A DNA stretch of 64,000 nucleotides, from contig CAYZBH010000006.1 of the NCBI GenBank assembly GCA_964476605.1, forward strand, positions 5,476-69,475, in the 5' to 3' direction. The notes beneath the pieces were generated by a model, which did not search any database, was not told the origin of the DNA, and saw only the letters and a list, made by a program, of their open reading frames with translations. Numbering within the stretch: the first letter of the stretch is position 1; every line of letters begins with the position of its first letter. Positions 34,274 to 43,904 of this stretch are shown piece by piece. The DNA is from an uncultured Thermoanaerobaculia bacterium (GTDB lineage Bacteria; Acidobacteriota; Thermoanaerobaculia; Multivoradales; JAGPDF01). The position numbers and the translations under genes are program-made.

Positions 34274-35103
34274 GGGGCGATCGGCGGCGGCGGCGTCTCG
34301 GGGACGTAGCTCGCGGGCGCTCCGCCGAGCCGGAAGGGCCCTTCGAACACGAGCTCCTCGCGGCGGTTGAGCTTCCATGCCTCGTAGAGCCCGATTGCGA
34401 TGAGGATCCACCCCATGAAGTTCTCGAAGCCGGCGAGGAATGGCGCTGCGAAGGCGATGGCGAACAGCAGCACGATGCCGATGAGCGCCGCCAAGAGCCC
34501 GGGCGCCGCGCGGCCCGTCACATCGTCACGCGTCGCCTCGCTCTCGTTGCTCGCATCGCGCGGGGACTCCGGGGGAACGGTCGCCTCCGCGCCTTCTCCT
34601 ATCTTCTCCAGGTCAGCGACTCCGGCCGCGGCGCTCCCTTCGATGCTGGTAGCGCCGTCCTGCTCCATGGCGGCCTCGACGATGTACGGCACGTAGGTGG
34701 AGACGATCGACGCGTAGGTGAGGAACATCGCGAGCGCCTGGTAGAGCCAACCGCCCCGCCGTCTCGAGCCGATGCGGACCGCTCCTCCCACTAGGAGCCC
34801 GATGACGATCGCGACCAGGCCGAACTCGTATCCGGTGACCTTGCTCACCCCGTACCAGATCCCGGCCCCGAGGGCCGCCGCGCCGACTCCGAAGAGCGTG
34901 GCCCGGAGGAACCGCCCCATCGGCGAGCCGGACACTTCGATCATCCGGCGCCGGCATCCGAGGCAGATCACCGCCCCCTTCAGTTGATAGTAGGCACCAC
35001 GCACTGGCTCGCCGCAGTTCGCGCAGGGTACGGGGCCTTCCTTCCTCGTCTCCCCTTCCCTCTCGACGCGTTCGAAGCTCAGTCCCGCCGTGGAATCCGT
35101 CAT
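34270..35103 (-). CDS. Zinc-ribbon membrane protein (277 aa), translationally coupled to the M50 protease.
   Basis: N-terminal CANCGEPVRGAYYQLKGAVICLGCRRRM (C-x2-C...C-x2-C), then ~4-5 TM helices and an acidic/Ser-rich loop. GGAGGAGGG Shine-Dalgarno precedes the ATG at 35103. Confidence 0.6.
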   Translation of the reverse strand: MTDSTAGLSFERVEREGETRKEGPVPCANCGEPVRGAYYQLKGAVICLGCRRRMIEVSGSPMGRFLRATLFGVGAAALGAGIWYGVSKVTGYEFGLVAIVIGLLVGGAVRIGSRRRGGWLYQALAMFLTYASIVSTYVPYIVEAAMEQDGATSIEGSAAAGVADLEKIGEGAEATVPPESPRDASNESEATRDDVTGRAAPGLLAALIGIVLLFAIAFAAPFLAGFENFMGWILIAIGLYEAWKLNRREELVFEGPFRLGGAPASYVPETPPPPIAP

Positions 35104-35194
35104 GGCTCCCTCCTCCTTCCCTGTCGCATGAACGGCGGCTCAGTGGCCGCACCCAAACCAACCTTCCAGCGCCTCCGTTTCGCCCGCGAAACTC

Positions 35195-35929
35195 TCACCT
35201 CTTGTCGAGCCGGCGGAGCCGCCAGCGCGCCCGCCAGACCCAGAGCCGCACCCGCCCGCGGACGTACTTCGGCGTGAAGACGAACTCGTCGACGATCCGC
35301 TGGTACGTCTTCTTCGCCGCCAATCCATCCCCCGAAAACTCCTGCACGGTGCCGAGCTCGAAGAGGAAGTCGGCACGGCTCGTCCGCTCGGCGAGCGCCT
35401 CGAGCTGCGCACGTGCGCCGACCAGGTCCCCGGCGCCACGAAGCGCCTTCGCCAGAGCGAAGAGCGCCTCCCCCGAGGCGTGGTCGGGCTTGCGGGCGAC
35501 GACTTTCTGCAGAGGCTCGCGCGCCTCGCCGGGCCGCTTCAGCGCGAGCAGCGCCCGGCCGAGATCGTAGAGGGCGTCGAAGTGCTCGGGGTCCTTGGCG
35601 AGCGCGTGCCGCGCCGCCTCTACTGCCGCTTCCCACCGCCCGCGATCGCCAAACACGGACGCGCACTCGGCCCAGGCCGCTGCAGTGTCGACCTGTTCGG
35701 CAGCCGCCCGCACCCGCCTGAGCTCCGCCGCGGAAGGGCGCGGGATCGCCGAGACGCGAGGCCGCACGATCGAGCCGAAGTGCGCCGCCAGATAGACGGT
35801 CGCCCCGATCGGCCCGAAGAGCAGCACGATCCAGAGCCACGCCCCGCTATCGCCTCGCCGCACGCAGAGCGCCGCCACCCCTACGGTATAGAGCGTGGCG
35901 ACGCCGTAGGCACCATAGAGACCGAACAT
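35195..35929 (-). CDS. TPR-repeat protein with an N-terminal TM anchor.
   Basis: The N-terminal hydrophobic helix pair is followed by TPR-like helices (AWAECASVFGDRGRWEAAVEAARHALAKDPEHFDALYDLGRALLALKRPGEAREPLQKVVARKPDHASGEALFALAKAL). Confidence 0.55.
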   Translation of the reverse strand: MFGLYGAYGVATLYTVGVAALCVRRGDSGAWLWIVLLFGPIGATVYLAAHFGSIVRPRVSAIPRPSAAELRRVRAAAEQVDTAAAWAECASVFGDRGRWEAAVEAARHALAKDPEHFDALYDLGRALLALKRPGEAREPLQKVVARKPDHASGEALFALAKALRGAGDLVGARAQLEALAERTSRADFLFELGTVQEFSGDGLAAKKTYQRIVDEFVFTPKYVRGRVRLWVWRARWRLRRLDKR

Positions 35930-36163
35930 CAGACGCGATCCTCGAAGACGGTGGCACCACGCTTCGGCATGATCGGACCTTCCCCTCCTTCGACAGTCTC
36001 GTGAGCCGGCGGTTCTCGGTCCCTTTGTTCCCGGCCGAGAAACCCACCGGATCCTCCCGCTCGCATCTCTGGATGGACGCCAGAGCCGGTTCGAAACTTA
36101 CGGATGAGATTACGTATCGTAGCGGACGCCGTCTGTCCCCGCCCGAACGGACGGCGCCGGGGC

Positions 36164-37669
36164 TCAAAAGGCTGGCTGGCCGCCTTCGACGATTCGGCCG
36201 TCGGGGTCGACGTGGCCCGGCAGGTCGAGGCCCGCCGCGAGCTCGGTGGCGGCGTCGAAGATGGAAGCGCGCTCGGCGAGCAGACGGGCGATCCTCGCCT
36301 TCAGGAACCGTCGCTTCGCGCGCACCAGGAGCGCCCGGCCCCAGCGGCGCGACAGGCGGCCGTAGGTGAGCACCAGGACACCCCCCGCGGCCGAGAGCAG
36401 GACCGCCAAGCCGCCCGTGATCCAGGGCAGGTCGGGGACCTGCGGGTAGACGCTGGCGAGCCAACCCTGACCCCAGGCCGCGAGAGCTCCGAGCCCTACC
36501 CAGGTGGCGGGAAAGAGCACCGCGCCGCCGAGCAGCTTGATCGTCGCCGCATCCTTCTTCCGCCGTGCCGCGGCGGCGACGAGCGCCCGCAGCAGCAGCG
36601 CCGTCGGCAGATTGGCGACCACTCCGATCAGCGCGAGTGGCGGGATGAGCGCATCGAGAACGAAGCGCTGCGCGGCGAGCGCCACCAGCAGCCTTCCGTG
36701 CGGCGCCGCCGGGTCGCGGTCGAGCTCGTGCTCCTCGAGTCCGAGACGACGGACGCTCCGGTCGTAGCGCTCGATGCGGCCACGCAGGGTCGCGACCGGG
36801 GCGGCGGTGGCGCCTCCTAGCGCCCGCTGCGCGGTCCAGACGCGCGCGAAAGCGAGCCGTCGCTCGCGCATGTCCGCCGGCCCGGGGGCGAGCCCCGAGC
36901 GCGCCGCCCGCTCGGCACGCATCAACCGCCGCAGGCGGTGCATGAGGTGGTGCTCGCTCCAGTCGTCGGTGGCGAGCGCCGTCGCGTCCAGCACCTCGGC
37001 GAATCGCGCCGTCAGGCCCTCGACCGCGGCGCGGCTCGCGGTCTCGTCGGTGAGCGCGCCCGCGAGCTCCGCGGCGAGCGCCAGCGGAGGGTGGTATTCG
37101 ACCAGGGCGCGAGAGTTGAAGAAACGCTTGTGGTCGTAGTGGAGTCCCACGGGCACGACGTGAGGCACGGAGCCGGTGCGCCGGAAGGCATCGAGCGCGA
37201 GCCGCGCGGCGCCGGTACGGAGCGCCAAGGGACGAGGCTCGTCGTGGCTATCCCCCTCCGGGAAGAGCACCGCGTAGTCCCCTTCGGCCACCGTCGCCGA
37301 GAGCGCCGCCAGGCTTGCTTCGTTCCCGCGCCGCGCGACGCCCTCGTCGCCTCCCGCCGGCAGGTCCTGGCGCCGGAAGATCGGGACGGCGACGCTCCGC
37401 ATCAGCCACCCCAGGAGTGGCCAGCGGAAGAGACCGTGGCGGGCGCCGAAGACCGCCCGACCCGGAAAGGTCGCGAGCAGGAGCGTCGGATCGATGAGCC
37501 CGTTGGGGTGCCACGCGAGCAGCAGACCTCCCCCCTCGGCGGGGAGGTTCTCGAGGCCCTGGACCTCGACGCGCCGGAAGAAGAGCACGAGCAGCGCCCG
37601 GGCCAGGGTTCGAACGCCGCGTGGGCCGCGGATTCCGCGCGCTGGAGGGCGCGCGCTCTCGACGGGCAT
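36164..37669 (-). CDS. Lysophospholipid/glycerol-3-phosphate acyltransferase family protein (PlsC-like) with a C-terminal membrane domain.
   Basis: Acyltransferase motif I LLLAWHPNGLIDP (HxxxxD) and motif III AVLFPEGDSH (FPEG). The C-terminal ~150 aa form TM helices. Confidence 0.8.
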   Translation of the reverse strand: MPVESARPPARGIRGPRGVRTLARALLVLFFRRVEVQGLENLPAEGGGLLLAWHPNGLIDPTLLLATFPGRAVFGARHGLFRWPLLGWLMRSVAVPIFRRQDLPAGGDEGVARRGNEASLAALSATVAEGDYAVLFPEGDSHDEPRPLALRTGAARLALDAFRRTGSVPHVVPVGLHYDHKRFFNSRALVEYHPPLALAAELAGALTDETASRAAVEGLTARFAEVLDATALATDDWSEHHLMHRLRRLMRAERAARSGLAPGPADMRERRLAFARVWTAQRALGGATAAPVATLRGRIERYDRSVRRLGLEEHELDRDPAAPHGRLLVALAAQRFVLDALIPPLALIGVVANLPTALLLRALVAAAARRKKDAATIKLLGGAVLFPATWVGLGALAAWGQGWLASVYPQVPDLPWITGGLAVLLSAAGGVLVLTYGRLSRRWGRALLVRAKRRFLKARIARLLAERASIFDAATELAAGLDLPGHVDPDGRIVEGGQPAF

Positions 37670-37682
37670 GAGTCTGCGCAGT

Positions 37683-38531
37683 CTAGCGCCGGCGGTCGGG
37701 GGCGCGCACTTCGGCGCGGCGGGCGATCAGCGCCCGGTCGGCGCGCGCGACCGTCCGCTCGAGGCTCTCCCCCGGGTCGCGCACGGCCCAACCGGTCGAG
37801 AGGCGGATCTCGAGCCCTTCGGCCGTCGCGATGCGCTCCGCCACCTCCTCGACGCCGCGCGCGTCGCGTCCCGTCAGCAGCACCAGGAATTCGTCCCCCC
37901 CGACGCGCACGACGTGATCCTCGCCGCGCACCTGCTTCTCGAGAAAGGCCGCGACCCGGCGCAGCACGTCGTCCCCGACCTCGTGACCGAAGCGGTCGTT
38001 GTAGGCCTTGAAGCCGTCGACGTCGACCACCACCGCGCCCCACGCGGTCGCACACCTTTCGTACCGCGTCGCGTACTCGTCGAGGAAGCGCCGGTTGAGG
38101 CAGCCGGTGAGCGCGTCCCGACGGCTCGACTCGAGGAGCTGGAGCTCGAGCCGCTTGCGCGGCGTGATGTCGACCAGGATGCCGTGGTAGAGGGTCTCGC
38201 CGCTCACCGGATCGGTCACCTGGTAGCAGGTGTCGAGCACGGTGCGGATCTCCCCGTCGGGCCGCCGGAGCTCGAGCTCGAACTCGCGGACCGACCCTCG
38301 AGCGGCGAGCAGACGCGTCTCGCGCAGCCGTTCCGCCGGATCGACCCAGAGCGATCCGACGTCGAGCAAGGCCACCTCGTCGAGGCTCGCGCACCCCAGG
38401 ATCCCGAGCAGCGCCTGGTTGGCGTCGACGATCCGCCCCTCCTCGTTGGTGATGTAGATCCCCTCGCTCAGCCGCCGCACGAACTCCCGCAGCGTGTCGC
38501 TGTCCTCCAGCCGCGATCGGAATTGGGCCAT
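37683..38531 (-). CDS. PAS-GGDEF diguanylate cyclase.
   Basis: Internal ATG at ~38531 (MAQFRSRLEDSDTLREF...). PAS-like segment (GIYITNEEGRIVDANQALLGILG), then GGDEF: DALTGCLNRRF...VVVDVDGFKAYNDRFGHEVGDDVL...RVGGDEFLVLL. The upstream 81 codons of the track ORF are Arg-rich noise. Confidence 0.85.
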   Translation of the reverse strand: MAQFRSRLEDSDTLREFVRRLSEGIYITNEEGRIVDANQALLGILGCASLDEVALLDVGSLWVDPAERLRETRLLAARGSVREFELELRRPDGEIRTVLDTCYQVTDPVSGETLYHGILVDITPRKRLELQLLESSRRDALTGCLNRRFLDEYATRYERCATAWGAVVVDVDGFKAYNDRFGHEVGDDVLRRVAAFLEKQVRGEDHVVRVGGDEFLVLLTGRDARGVEEVAERIATAEGLEIRLSTGWAVRDPGESLERTVARADRALIARRAEVRAPDRRR

Positions 38532-38674
38532 GCCAGCCCCCCGGAGCCGAGGGCTCCCGCGCCGGGGGCCCCCCGGCGCCTGGAGCCCCGATGCAAAGCA
38601 GTCCGCCAGATCTGCGGGAAGCTTAGCAAGAGCCGCGGTGCGGTAGCTTTCGGTCTCGCGCCCGGAGCCGACCC

Positions 38675-39136
38675 ATGACCGAACGGACCCTCGAACGCAG
38701 CACCTTGGTGCGACGCCCTCTGGCAGAGGTCTTCCCCTTCTTCGCCGACCCCGCGAACCTCGAGGCGTTGACACCGCCCTGGCTCAACTTCCGCATCCTC
38801 ACGCCGCTCCCCGTCGTCATGCGACCCGGAGTGCTCATCGACTATCGCATCTCGCTGCGCGGCCTGCCGCTCACCTGGCGGAGCGAGATCACCGCCTGGG
38901 AACCCCCCCATCGGTTCGTGGACGAGCAACGGCGAGGGCCCTACCGGCTCTGGGTCCACGAGCATCTCTTCCGGGAGCAGAGCGGCGGCACCGAGATCGT
39001 CGACCGCGTCCGCTACGCGATTCTCGGCGGCCGGCTGATCGGACGGCTCTTCGTCGACCGGGACCTGTCGCGCATCTTCGACCATCGCCAGCGGCGCATC
39101 GCCGAGCTGGTGGGCACTTCCACCGTCACGGAATAG
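38675..39136 (+). CDS. SRPBCC-superfamily protein (polyketide cyclase/dehydrase-like, Bet v1 fold).
   Basis: 153 aa (MTERTLERSTLVRRPLAEVFPFFADPANLEALTPPW...) with the typical cyclase/dehydrase N-terminal signature. Confidence 0.75.
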   Translation: MTERTLERSTLVRRPLAEVFPFFADPANLEALTPPWLNFRILTPLPVVMRPGVLIDYRISLRGLPLTWRSEITAWEPPHRFVDEQRRGPYRLWVHEHLFREQSGGTEIVDRVRYAILGGRLIGRLFVDRDLSRIFDHRQRRIAELVGTSTVTE

Positions 39137-39261
39137 CGGCGCGAGCCAGGGAGCCGCGTGCCATCTCGACCGCGCCGAGCCGGGGTCCGCGTCCCGGCGG
39201 CCGAAGGGATCGCATCCCGCGCGATAGACTGGCCGCGACTTCGACTCCAGTCCGGACCATC

Positions 39262-40824
39262 ATGCCCTTCGCGCTCCACGATCGACTGCGGGACTCGGAG
39301 CGCCACTGGATGGCGGCGCTCTTCCTCTCCTGTCTGCTCCTCGTCGTCTCCTGGGGACCGGGAACCAACCGCTGGATGGGGTACAGCCAGGAGGAGAACG
39401 ACGCGGCGACCGCGGTGATCGCGCACCTGGCGGGTGCCGAAGCGCCGGGACCGATCTTCAGCCGCCATGGCTTCGTGCCCACCCTGGCGAAGCTCCCCTA
39501 CGCGCTCGCCGCCTGGCCGTTTCGGCCGGCCCGGCCCGGTGAGCGCTCCGCGATCGCCGAGGCGCTCTTCTCGCTCGAGCCGCAAGTCGCCACCGCGATT
39601 CTGATCACTCTGCTCGCGCTCTGGGTCGCGCGCGCGACCGGTTCGCGGCGGGGCGCGCTCGCGGTGGCCTTCGCGGCGCTCTACGCGACGCCGCTCTGGC
39701 CCTACGCCTACCTCGGGCTCGAGACCACCCAGGCGCTCCTGCTCTTCGCGGCGGCCTTTCTCGCCATCGGCCCGGTCGAGCGACCGCGCGCGCTCCACAC
39801 CGTGCTCTTCGTCCTCCTGGTGGGGCTCGCGGGGAGCGCCAAGACCACCGGCATCTTCCTCTTCCCTCTTCTCGTCTGGCTCACGCTCCTCGCCGAGCGG
39901 CGACGCAAGCTGGCGCGCCCCGAGCTCGGACGCTCGCTCCTCCCCTGGGCCCTCGCGAGCCTCGTCGGGTTCCGTGCGCTCTCCTATGTCGCCGTCGCCA
40001 GCTATCGCCGTACCGCCGTGCTCTTCGGCGACCTCGGGCTCCTCGAGGCGTGGCGACGCGCCACCGTGGATTCCCCCATCGACCTGCTCGTCCACCTGCA
40101 CGGCTTCCTCTTCTCGCTCAACAAAGGGTGGCTCGTCTTCGCGCCGCTCGCCCTGGTCGGCATCGTCGCCGCCGCGCGCCGGGGTCCCGAGCAGGAGGCG
40201 CGCCGCTTCGCCCTCGGGACCTTTCTCTGTCTGCTCCTGCCGCACGCCGCGATGGTCTTCTGGGCGGAAGATACCTGGGGGCCGCGCTATCTCAACGGGG
40301 CGATCGCTCCGGCCCTGCTGGCGCTCGCCCTGGTGCGGGCCTCGAGCGCCCAGACGGCGCGCCGCCACCCGCGCTGGCTCCTCACCCTCGCGGCGAGTGG
40401 GCTCGCGATCAACCTGCTCGGCACCTCGGTCCACTACAGCGCGCTCTTCAAGGCCACGCTCGCGGCCCGCGAGGACACTCTCGAAGCCCTGCAGTTCGAC
40501 CCGCTCTGGAACCACCCGCGCTTCAACGCCTGGATTCTCGAAGAGTGGGCACGCGCCCCGCGCTCTCCGCGCGCCGAGCCACATCCCTACTCCCTCGATC
40601 GTCGTTGGTGGTGGACCGACGTCCCTGGCGTGCCACCTCCGTCGCGAAGCGTCGACCTCGCGACCCTCGTCCGCCCGCAGCCGCTCGTCCTCCGCGTGCT
40701 CGTGGGAAGGGAAGCGCCGCCGCTCCGGCCGATCGCCCTGCTCCTCCTCGTGCTCGGCGGACAGGGGCTCTACCTGCTCCACCGCCTGCGCGAAGCGGCG
40801 TTCGAAGAAGACCCGCCGCGCTGA
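39262..40824 (+). CDS. Polytopic membrane protein (520 aa), possibly a GT-C-type glycosyltransferase (ArnT/PMT-like).
   Basis: Many TM helices with loops. Composition is non-shadow-like. No firm family assignment is possible from sequence alone. Confidence 0.6.
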   Translation: MPFALHDRLRDSERHWMAALFLSCLLLVVSWGPGTNRWMGYSQEENDAATAVIAHLAGAEAPGPIFSRHGFVPTLAKLPYALAAWPFRPARPGERSAIAEALFSLEPQVATAILITLLALWVARATGSRRGALAVAFAALYATPLWPYAYLGLETTQALLLFAAAFLAIGPVERPRALHTVLFVLLVGLAGSAKTTGIFLFPLLVWLTLLAERRRKLARPELGRSLLPWALASLVGFRALSYVAVASYRRTAVLFGDLGLLEAWRRATVDSPIDLLVHLHGFLFSLNKGWLVFAPLALVGIVAAARRGPEQEARRFALGTFLCLLLPHAAMVFWAEDTWGPRYLNGAIAPALLALALVRASSAQTARRHPRWLLTLAASGLAINLLGTSVHYSALFKATLAAREDTLEALQFDPLWNHPRFNAWILEEWARAPRSPRAEPHPYSLDRRWWWTDVPGVPPPSRSVDLATLVRPQPLVLRVLVGREAPPLRPIALLLLVLGGQGLYLLHRLREAAFEEDPPR

Positions 40825-40868
40825 CGGCGACCGGAGCGGGAGGTCGCCCTCCGGTAGGATCCCGCTCC

Positions 40869-43028
40869 ATGAGCGCTCCGCGCGCCGCGGCCCATCGTCG
40901 CTTCCGGATCACCGGCATGGACTGCGCGGAGGAGATCGCGGCGCTCCGCCGCGAAGTCGGTCCGCTGGTCGGGGGCGAAGCGCGCCTCGGCTTCGATCTC
41001 CTCGCGGGAACGATGGTGGTGGCGCCGGAGGCCGCGGCGGCGAGCGACCGCGAGATCCTCGCCGCGGTGGCGAAGGCGGGGCTCACCGGGAGACTCTGGC
41101 GCGGCATCGAGAGCGCGCGCGGCGACGACGCGCGGCGCGGCCATCTCGTGGCGACGCTCGCGAGCGCGGCGGCTCTCGCCGCCGGTTTCCTCTGGCACGC
41201 CGGTCGCGCGGGGATCGCCGCGGCGCTCGGAGCCCACGGCACGGCGGCGCTCCCGCTCGGATCGCGCGCGGCCTACGGCGCCGCGGTCGTCGCGGGCTTC
41301 TTCCACGTCGTTCCCAAGGCTTGGCTCGCGCTGCGCAAGGGGCGTCCCGACATGCACCTCCTGATGACCCTCGCGGTGTCGGGGGCCCTGCTTCTCGGCG
41401 ACTGGCTGGAGGCCGCGACCGTGGCCTTCCTCTTCGCCCTCTCGCTCGCCCTCGAGGCCTGGAGCGTCGGGCGCGCCCGCCGCGCCATCGCCGCGCTGCT
41501 CGACCTCGTGCCGCCGAGCGCCCGGCTCCTCGCGTCCGGCGGGGAATCGCAGGTTCCCCCCGCCCAGGTGCCGGTCGGATCGCACGTCGCCGTGCTCCCC
41601 GGCGAGCGCATCCCCCTGGACGGCCGCATCCTCGACGGCACGACGACTCTCGACCTCTCGCCGATCACCGGCGAGAGCCGGCCCCTCGATCGGGGGCCCG
41701 GAGACGAGGTCTTCGCGGGAACGATCAACGGCACCGGTTCGCTCGTCGTCGAGACGACGCGCCCCGCGGAGCAGACGCTGGTCGCGAAGATCCTCCGCAT
41801 GGTCGAGGAAGCCCGCGCGCGCCGCTCCCCGATCGAGCGCTGGGTCGACCGGTTCGCCGCCGTCTACACCCCCGCCGTCCTCGCTCTCGCGGCGCTCGTG
41901 GCGCTCGTGCCACCCCTGTTGCTCGCCGCCCCCTGGAGCGCCTGGGCCTATCGCGCGCTCGTGCTGCTGGTGATCGGTTGCCCTTGCGCCCTCGTCGTGG
42001 CGACGCCGGTCGGGATGGTCGCGGGGCTCGCCGCCGCGGCGCGCCACGGGGTGCTGATCAAGGGGGGCCGCTACCTCGAGGCCGCGGGGACGCTCCGCGC
42101 CGTCGCCTTCGACAAGACGGGGACTCTCACCTCGGGACGTCCCCGCGTGCTCGAGGTCACGCCGCTCGCCGGCCACGACGAACGGGAGCTACTGGAGCGG
42201 CTCGCGGCGCTCGAGGCGCGGAGCGGCCATCCCCTGGCGCACGCCATTCTCGAGCACGCGGCGAAGCTCGGCATCGTCGCGGCGCCGGCCACCGAGCTCC
42301 GGCTCCTGCCGGGGCGTGGCGCGGCGGGGAGGTTCGGCGGCAAGGAATTCTGGGTGGGATCGCACCGCCTCCTCGCGGAGCGCGGACAGGAGACACCGGC
42401 GATTCGCGGGCGACTCGAGGCGATCGCCGCCGCCGGGCGGAGCGCCGTCGTGGTCGGCAACGACGACCATGTCTGCGGCCTCGTGGCGGTCGCGGACGGG
42501 GTGCGCGAGCGGGCGGGCGCGACGGTCGCCGCGTTGCGCGCGCTCGGCGTCGATCGGGTCGCCATGCTGACCGGCGACCATCGGGCGACCGCCGAAGCGA
42601 TCGCGCGCGAGCTCGGCATCGACGAAATCGCGGCCGAGCTCCTCCCGGACGAGAAGGTCGAGCGCGTGCGGGCGCTCGTCGCACGGCACCGGGCCGTGGC
42701 GATGGTCGGCGACGGGATCAACGACGCACCCGCGCTCGCCGAGGCGACGCTCGGCATCGCGATGGGGGGCGCCGGGACCGACGCCGCCCTCGAGACCGCG
42801 GACGTCGCGCTCCTCTCGGACGACCTGTCACGCATCCCCTGGCTGGTCGGATTCTCGCGGCGCGCGCGTGCCATCCTCCGCCAGAACATCACCTTCGCGC
42901 TGGCGGTGAAGGCGGCCTTCGCGCTCGCCACCGCGTTCGGCCTCGCGACCCTCTGGGGGGCGATCGCCGCCGACCTCGGAGCGACCCTCCTCGTGGTGGC
43001 GAACGCGCTCCGTTTGCTGCGCGGCTGA
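40869..43028 (+). CDS. P1B-type heavy-metal translocating ATPase (Zn/Cd/Co/Pb type, CPC motif).
   Basis: Internal ATG at 40869 (MSAPRAAAHRRFRITGMDCAEEIAAL: an HMA-like N-terminus with only one Cys). TM motif CPCALVVATP, phosphorylation site DKTGTLT, hinge GDGINDAPALA. The upstream part of track ORF 40050..43028 is Arg-rich. Confidence 0.9.
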   Translation: MSAPRAAAHRRFRITGMDCAEEIAALRREVGPLVGGEARLGFDLLAGTMVVAPEAAAASDREILAAVAKAGLTGRLWRGIESARGDDARRGHLVATLASAAALAAGFLWHAGRAGIAAALGAHGTAALPLGSRAAYGAAVVAGFFHVVPKAWLALRKGRPDMHLLMTLAVSGALLLGDWLEAATVAFLFALSLALEAWSVGRARRAIAALLDLVPPSARLLASGGESQVPPAQVPVGSHVAVLPGERIPLDGRILDGTTTLDLSPITGESRPLDRGPGDEVFAGTINGTGSLVVETTRPAEQTLVAKILRMVEEARARRSPIERWVDRFAAVYTPAVLALAALVALVPPLLLAAPWSAWAYRALVLLVIGCPCALVVATPVGMVAGLAAAARHGVLIKGGRYLEAAGTLRAVAFDKTGTLTSGRPRVLEVTPLAGHDERELLERLAALEARSGHPLAHAILEHAAKLGIVAAPATELRLLPGRGAAGRFGGKEFWVGSHRLLAERGQETPAIRGRLEAIAAAGRSAVVVGNDDHVCGLVAVADGVRERAGATVAALRALGVDRVAMLTGDHRATAEAIARELGIDEIAAELLPDEKVERVRALVARHRAVAMVGDGINDAPALAEATLGIAMGGAGTDAALETADVALLSDDLSRIPWLVGFSRRARAILRQNITFALAVKAAFALATAFGLATLWGAIAADLGATLLVVANALRLLRG

Positions 43029-43034
43029 CCCGGA

Positions 43035-43904
43035 CTAGGAGGAGCGGCGGCGCCCCGGGCGGCGCGATCGTCGCGGCAGGAGCGCCGAAAGGGCGAGGAG
43101 CGCGCCACCCACCAGCACGACGGTCGGTCCGGCCGGGCGACCGAGCTCCGCCGCGGCCCAGAGCCCCGAAATCGACATCAGGAGCCCGGTCGCGGTCGCG
43201 ACCAGCACCGCGGCGACCAGTCCTCGCGTCGCGCGCAGGCCGACGAGCGGCGGGATCGCGAGCAGCGCGATCGCGAGCACCACGCCGACCAGGGCGAGCA
43301 GCGCCACCACCGAGACCGCGACCAGGAGGAGGAGCAGGAAGTCGAGCGCGCCGACGCGGATTCCCTGGATCTGCGCGTGCTCGGGATCGAAGGCGACCGC
43401 CGTGAGCTCGCGGCCGAAGAGGGCGAAGACCAGCAGCACCGCGGCGTCGAGGGCGGCGAGCATCGCGAGGTCGGGTAGGTGGACGCGCGAGATGTCGCCG
43501 AAGAGGTACCCCTCGATGTCGACGTCGCTCGAGCGCGCGCCGGCGATGAGCCACATGCCCACCGCCATGCCGATCGCCCAGAGGACGCCGATCACCGCGT
43601 CCTGACGGTCGCTCCGCTCCCGGTCGAGACGCGAGAGGACTCCGGCCGAGACCGCCGCCACGGCGAAGGCGCCCCAGCGCGGATTGAATCCGGTGGCGAG
43701 CGCGAGGCCGATCCCGCCGAAGGCCGCGTGCGCCACGCCGCCGCCCAACGCCACCAGGCGCCGTAACACCACCAACGTACCGATCAGGCCGCAGAGCAGG
43801 CTGGCGAGGAGCGCCGCCGCGAGTCCGGCAGGCGCCACGCCGAGGCCGGAGGCGAGCTCGACCAACAGCGACGGGAGCGCGCCCTCAGCCATGCGTGTGG
43901 CCAC
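43035..43904 (-). CDS. Metal (Zn/Mn) ABC transporter permease (ZnuB/MntB family).
   Basis: 289 aa with 8-9 TM and a ZnuB-like sequence (GYLFGDISRV..., FLLLLLVAVSVVALLALVGVVL). Confidence 0.8.
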   Translation of the reverse strand: MATRMAEGALPSLLVELASGLGVAPAGLAAALLASLLCGLIGTLVVLRRLVALGGGVAHAAFGGIGLALATGFNPRWGAFAVAAVSAGVLSRLDRERSDRQDAVIGVLWAIGMAVGMWLIAGARSSDVDIEGYLFGDISRVHLPDLAMLAALDAAVLLVFALFGRELTAVAFDPEHAQIQGIRVGALDFLLLLLVAVSVVALLALVGVVLAIALLAIPPLVGLRATRGLVAAVLVATATGLLMSISGLWAAAELGRPAGPTVVLVGGALLALSALLPRRSRRPGRRRSS

